NCBI GenBank assembly: GCA_045863235.1
Contig: BTUM01000123.1
Span: 1-18,068 of the forward strand
DNA from: Candidatus Xenobia bacterium
GTDB lineage: Bacteria; Vulcanimicrobiota; Xenobia; Xenobiales; QWHO01
Direction of reading: 5' to 3'
DNA length: 18,068 nucleotides
The notes under the pieces were generated by a model that saw only the letters and a program-made list of their open reading frames with translations, did no database searches and had not been told where the DNA came from. Below are positions 15,682 through 18,068 of this stretch, one piece after another (position 1 is the first letter of the stretch; each line of letters opens with the position of its first letter). A program made the translations under genes and the position numbers.

Positions 15682-15792
15682 GCTAGAAGTTCGGCCGCCT
15701 ACACCATCTTGTGGTGGCGGAGGCGGGGGTAGGGGCCCCCGAGAGCGTAGCTCCTCCGACACCACATGGGGGTTTGCGGCCGGACTTCTAGC
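15682..15792. repeat. 111-bp palindromic element with 17-bp terminal inverted repeats (MITE-like or structured RNA)
   Basis: gctagaagttcggccgc (15682-15698) / gcggccggacttctagc (15776-15792) has one G-T pair. Inner stem is tgtggtg-g-cggagg / cctccg-a-caccaca. Confidence 0.7.
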
Positions 15793-16126
15793 CTCCGGCC
15801 CGCTTGACCTTGATTCCCCGCTCGCCCAGCAGCTTCTCGATGGCCTCGCGGTGATCGCCCTGAATCTCCAGGGTCTGGCCCTTGAGGGCCCCGCCCGTGC
15901 CACAGCGGGTCTTGAGCGTCTTGAGCAGCTCCTTCAGGCCGGCCTCGTCCAGGGGCAACTCGAAGAGCACCGTGACCGCCTTGCCTCCCCGGCCCGACTT
16001 TTCCAGCCGCATCTTGGCCGGGCCTGAGGACGGCTTCGAAGGGGTCTTCCTGGCCGCGCAGGCGCAGGGTGTCTTCTGGCACTTCGGGCACCAGTTCTCG
16101 TCGGTGCTGTAAACGAACTCCTTCAC
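15788..16126 (-). CDS. yciH: Translation initiation factor SUI1/eIF1 family protein
   Basis: FVYSTD...CPKC..PC.C, RLEKSGRGGKAVT, LKTRCGTGG, LEIQGDHRE and a C-terminal KRAGG. The GTG start at 16126 overlaps the stop of the GGDEF gene (GTGA). Confidence 0.93.
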   Translation of the reverse strand: MKEFVYSTDENWCPKCQKTPCACAARKTPSKPSSGPAKMRLEKSGRGGKAVTVLFELPLDEAGLKELLKTLKTRCGTGGALKGQTLEIQGDHREAIEKLLGERGIKVKRAGG

Positions 16127-17523
16127 GGCGCGTACACCGTCACCCGGTCGCGTCCCTCGCGCTTGGAGGTGTAGGCCGCCTCGTCGGCCAGCCGGTGCAG
16201 CTCCTCGGGCCCTTTCGTGGCCTCGGGATAGGAGGCGATGCCCACGCTGACGGTGGCCCGCAACCAGACCCCCTGGTCGACCACGAAACTGGTCTCGCGC
16301 ACGCGCCGGGCGAAGTCGGTCAAGAGCAGGCGGGCCGCCTCGCCGTTCAGGCCTGGCATCAGCACCACGAACTCGTCTCCGCCGTAGCGCAGGCACACGG
16401 CCGGGGGAGGCAGGCACGCGCGCATGAGCGCTCCCAGATCGCGCAGCACCACGTCGCCGGCCTGGTGGCCGTAGGTATCGTTGATGCCCTTGAAGCGGTC
16501 GATGTCAAAGAGCGCCAGACTGAGCGAAGACTTCTGCTTCACCGCTTCCCTGCAAAGGGTCGGAAAACGCTCTTCCAGCAGGCGCCGGTTGCCCAGGCCG
16601 GTGAGAAGGTCGACGCTGGCTGAGCCGGCCGTGGTGGAGAGCGAGCGGATGCGCCCGGCCAGGCTGGCCAGCACCTGCTCGAGCAACTGGGGATAGTGGC
16701 GCAACAGGCTGCGGAACTGGCCACTCTCCAGGGCCACCACCCGACAGGCCGTTCGGGCGCGCACGGTGGCCGAGTGGGGCACCTGATCGAAGCTGGACAG
16801 CTCGCCGGCCAGATCGCCCGGCCCCAGCTCGCGCAGCACCACCTCTTGCTCGCCCAGCACCTCCAGCCGTCCCTCCTGCACCAGCACCACCTCCCCGGCC
16901 GGGCTGCCGGCGCTCCAGAGCAGCTGGCCTTGAGCCAGGCCGTGAGCGTGTCCTTCTCGGCGCCATTCCTCGAGCAAGGCTTCGCAGGCCGGCGCGTCGG
17001 GCTGCACCGGGGTGCCCAACAGCCAGCTCAGAATCGTGCTCGGGCCTCCCGGATCCTGGTCGATCACCATGTCAGCCTGACGCCTGGCAGCTCTCACCCT
17101 GGCGTAGACCTGGCGCAGGTAGTCCTCGGGCACTCGCTCCGTGCCCAGGCGCCCGGCGTTGCGGCGCAGGCCCAGCTCGAGGCTGCAGGTCACCAGCACC
17201 TTGAGCAGGCGGGCCCCCAGGCGTCGGGCCAGGGTGGCGATGGGGCGGATGCGCCCCGGCTCGAGGTAGTTGCCGTCGAGCACCACGTGGTGCCCATCCC
17301 GGGCCGCGCGCTCGGCCATGACGCGCATTCCCTCGTAGACGCTGGGACGGATGCTGGCCACGAACGAACGCCCGGCGATCATCTCGCGCAGGGGGTCGGT
17401 GCCCAGGTAGATCAGCGGCGGAGTGCCGCCCAGGGCTCGATAGCGAGCCACCAGCTCGCGGGCCAGCGAACTCTTCCCGGCCGCGGGAGGGCCGAACAGC
17501 AAGACGATGGAGCCAGGGGGCAT
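16123..17523 (-). CDS. Diguanylate cyclase with N-terminal P-loop kinase (AAA_33-like) and cNMP-binding domains
   Basis: Kinase part: Walker A GPPAAGKS, VVLDGNY and lid RRNAGR. cNMP part: LGPGDLAGELSSFDQVPHSATVRA. GGDEF part: DLLTGLGNRR, DIDRFKGINDTYGHQAGD, RYGGDEF and SKREGRD. Confidence 0.9.
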   Translation of the reverse strand: MPPGSIVLLFGPPAAGKSSLARELVARYRALGGTPPLIYLGTDPLREMIAGRSFVASIRPSVYEGMRVMAERAARDGHHVVLDGNYLEPGRIRPIATLARRLGARLLKVLVTCSLELGLRRNAGRLGTERVPEDYLRQVYARVRAARRQADMVIDQDPGGPSTILSWLLGTPVQPDAPACEALLEEWRREGHAHGLAQGQLLWSAGSPAGEVVLVQEGRLEVLGEQEVVLRELGPGDLAGELSSFDQVPHSATVRARTACRVVALESGQFRSLLRHYPQLLEQVLASLAGRIRSLSTTAGSASVDLLTGLGNRRLLEERFPTLCREAVKQKSSLSLALFDIDRFKGINDTYGHQAGDVVLRDLGALMRACLPPPAVCLRYGGDEFVVLMPGLNGEAARLLLTDFARRVRETSFVVDQGVWLRATVSVGIASYPEATKGPEELHRLADEAAYTSKREGRDRVTVYAP

Positions 17524-17628
17524 GGCAGGGCGGTTCGCAGGACAGTCGCACGGTCCTGCGGGTTGCGAAGGGGCCTTCGAGCCAACCGTCGAGTCCTTCG
17601 GAATCCTGGGTTCAAAGGAGCAGCAGCC

Positions 17629-18023
17629 ATGGACCCAAGCGTGAAGGTATTCGAGTCGACCAGACCATCAGGACCGGGTCTTCGGTGGTTCGCACGCATT
17701 CCAACCTCTCCCCGATGGGTCACGAGTGGGGAGTGACGGAGTCTTTCGACCGGTCTACCGGCTCGCAGGCGGCCGTGTACACCAACTGCGCACCGCACGG
17801 TCGAGGGGTACGGCTCGAAACCCACAGCCAGGTCGAGATCGCCGCTCTCAAACACGTGGCCGAGGCTGTCTCCACAAGCACGCCGGCTCTCCTGGTCGGC
17901 TGCCTGAGCGGCCCTACCGGGCTGATGGCCGTCAGGGAGGTGGCCTTCTTGACGAATAACTGGGTTCGCGAGCTCGACTTGAAGGGAGCCAGCGATCCGG
18001 CTCAGGTGAGCGAGGGGTGCTGA
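17629..18023 (+). pseudogene. Small hypothetical gene, probably frameshifted near its 5' end
   Basis: SD AAGGAG (17615-17620) precedes ATG 17629, but that frame stops at 17736. The -1 frame is open from before the ATG to TGA 18023 and reads as protein-like. Confidence 0.4.
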
Positions 18024-18068
18024 TCGAATCTCTCGGTTAACTCTCGGTGTTGCTTTTTCTACTCGTGG

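Noticed and set aside
14651..15792. Integron cassette (attC) or direct-repeat-bounded island around the TA pair
   Set aside because: The flanking hairpins lack RYYYAAC/GTTRRRY ends and there is no integrase. The 11-bp gccggaaaccc at 14651 and 15629 also occurs inside pilC, so chance is plausible.
18030..18048. ctctcggt direct repeat with 11-bp period (winged-helix-type site)
   Set aside because: Short, at the window edge, with no visible target gene, so it cannot be supported.

Overview
GC-rich bacterial chromosomal window with no rRNA, tRNA, CRISPR array, integrase or transposase. The style of the hypothetical proteins suggests Candidatus Eremiobacterota/Vulcanimicrobiota, but that is an unverified inference. 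In order, it holds: a degenerate GHKL-like hypothetical gene (-); a translationally coupled type IV pilus/T2SS minor-pilin operon (PilX-, PilV- and PilW-like genes plus a PilC/GspF gene with an unusual N-terminal extension); a lone XRE-HTH + DUF559/Vsr-like nuclease gene bracketed by a 34-bp direct repeat; a divergent response regulator / GAF histidine kinase pair; a HEXXH zincin of anthrax-lethal-factor-like motif spacing; a large Ig-repeat + beta-propeller lipoprotein; a Phd/YefM-VapC toxin-antitoxin pair with a clear sigma70 promoter; SUI1/YciH; a P-loop kinase-cNMP-GGDEF fusion; and a probably frameshifted small ORF. The strongest candidates for something undescribed are (1) the ~1-kb direct-repeat-bounded HTH-nuclease cassette, (2) the kinase-cNMP-GGDEF fusion coupled to SUI1, and (3) four intergenic elements that each fold by eye into a basal stem capped by two hairpins.
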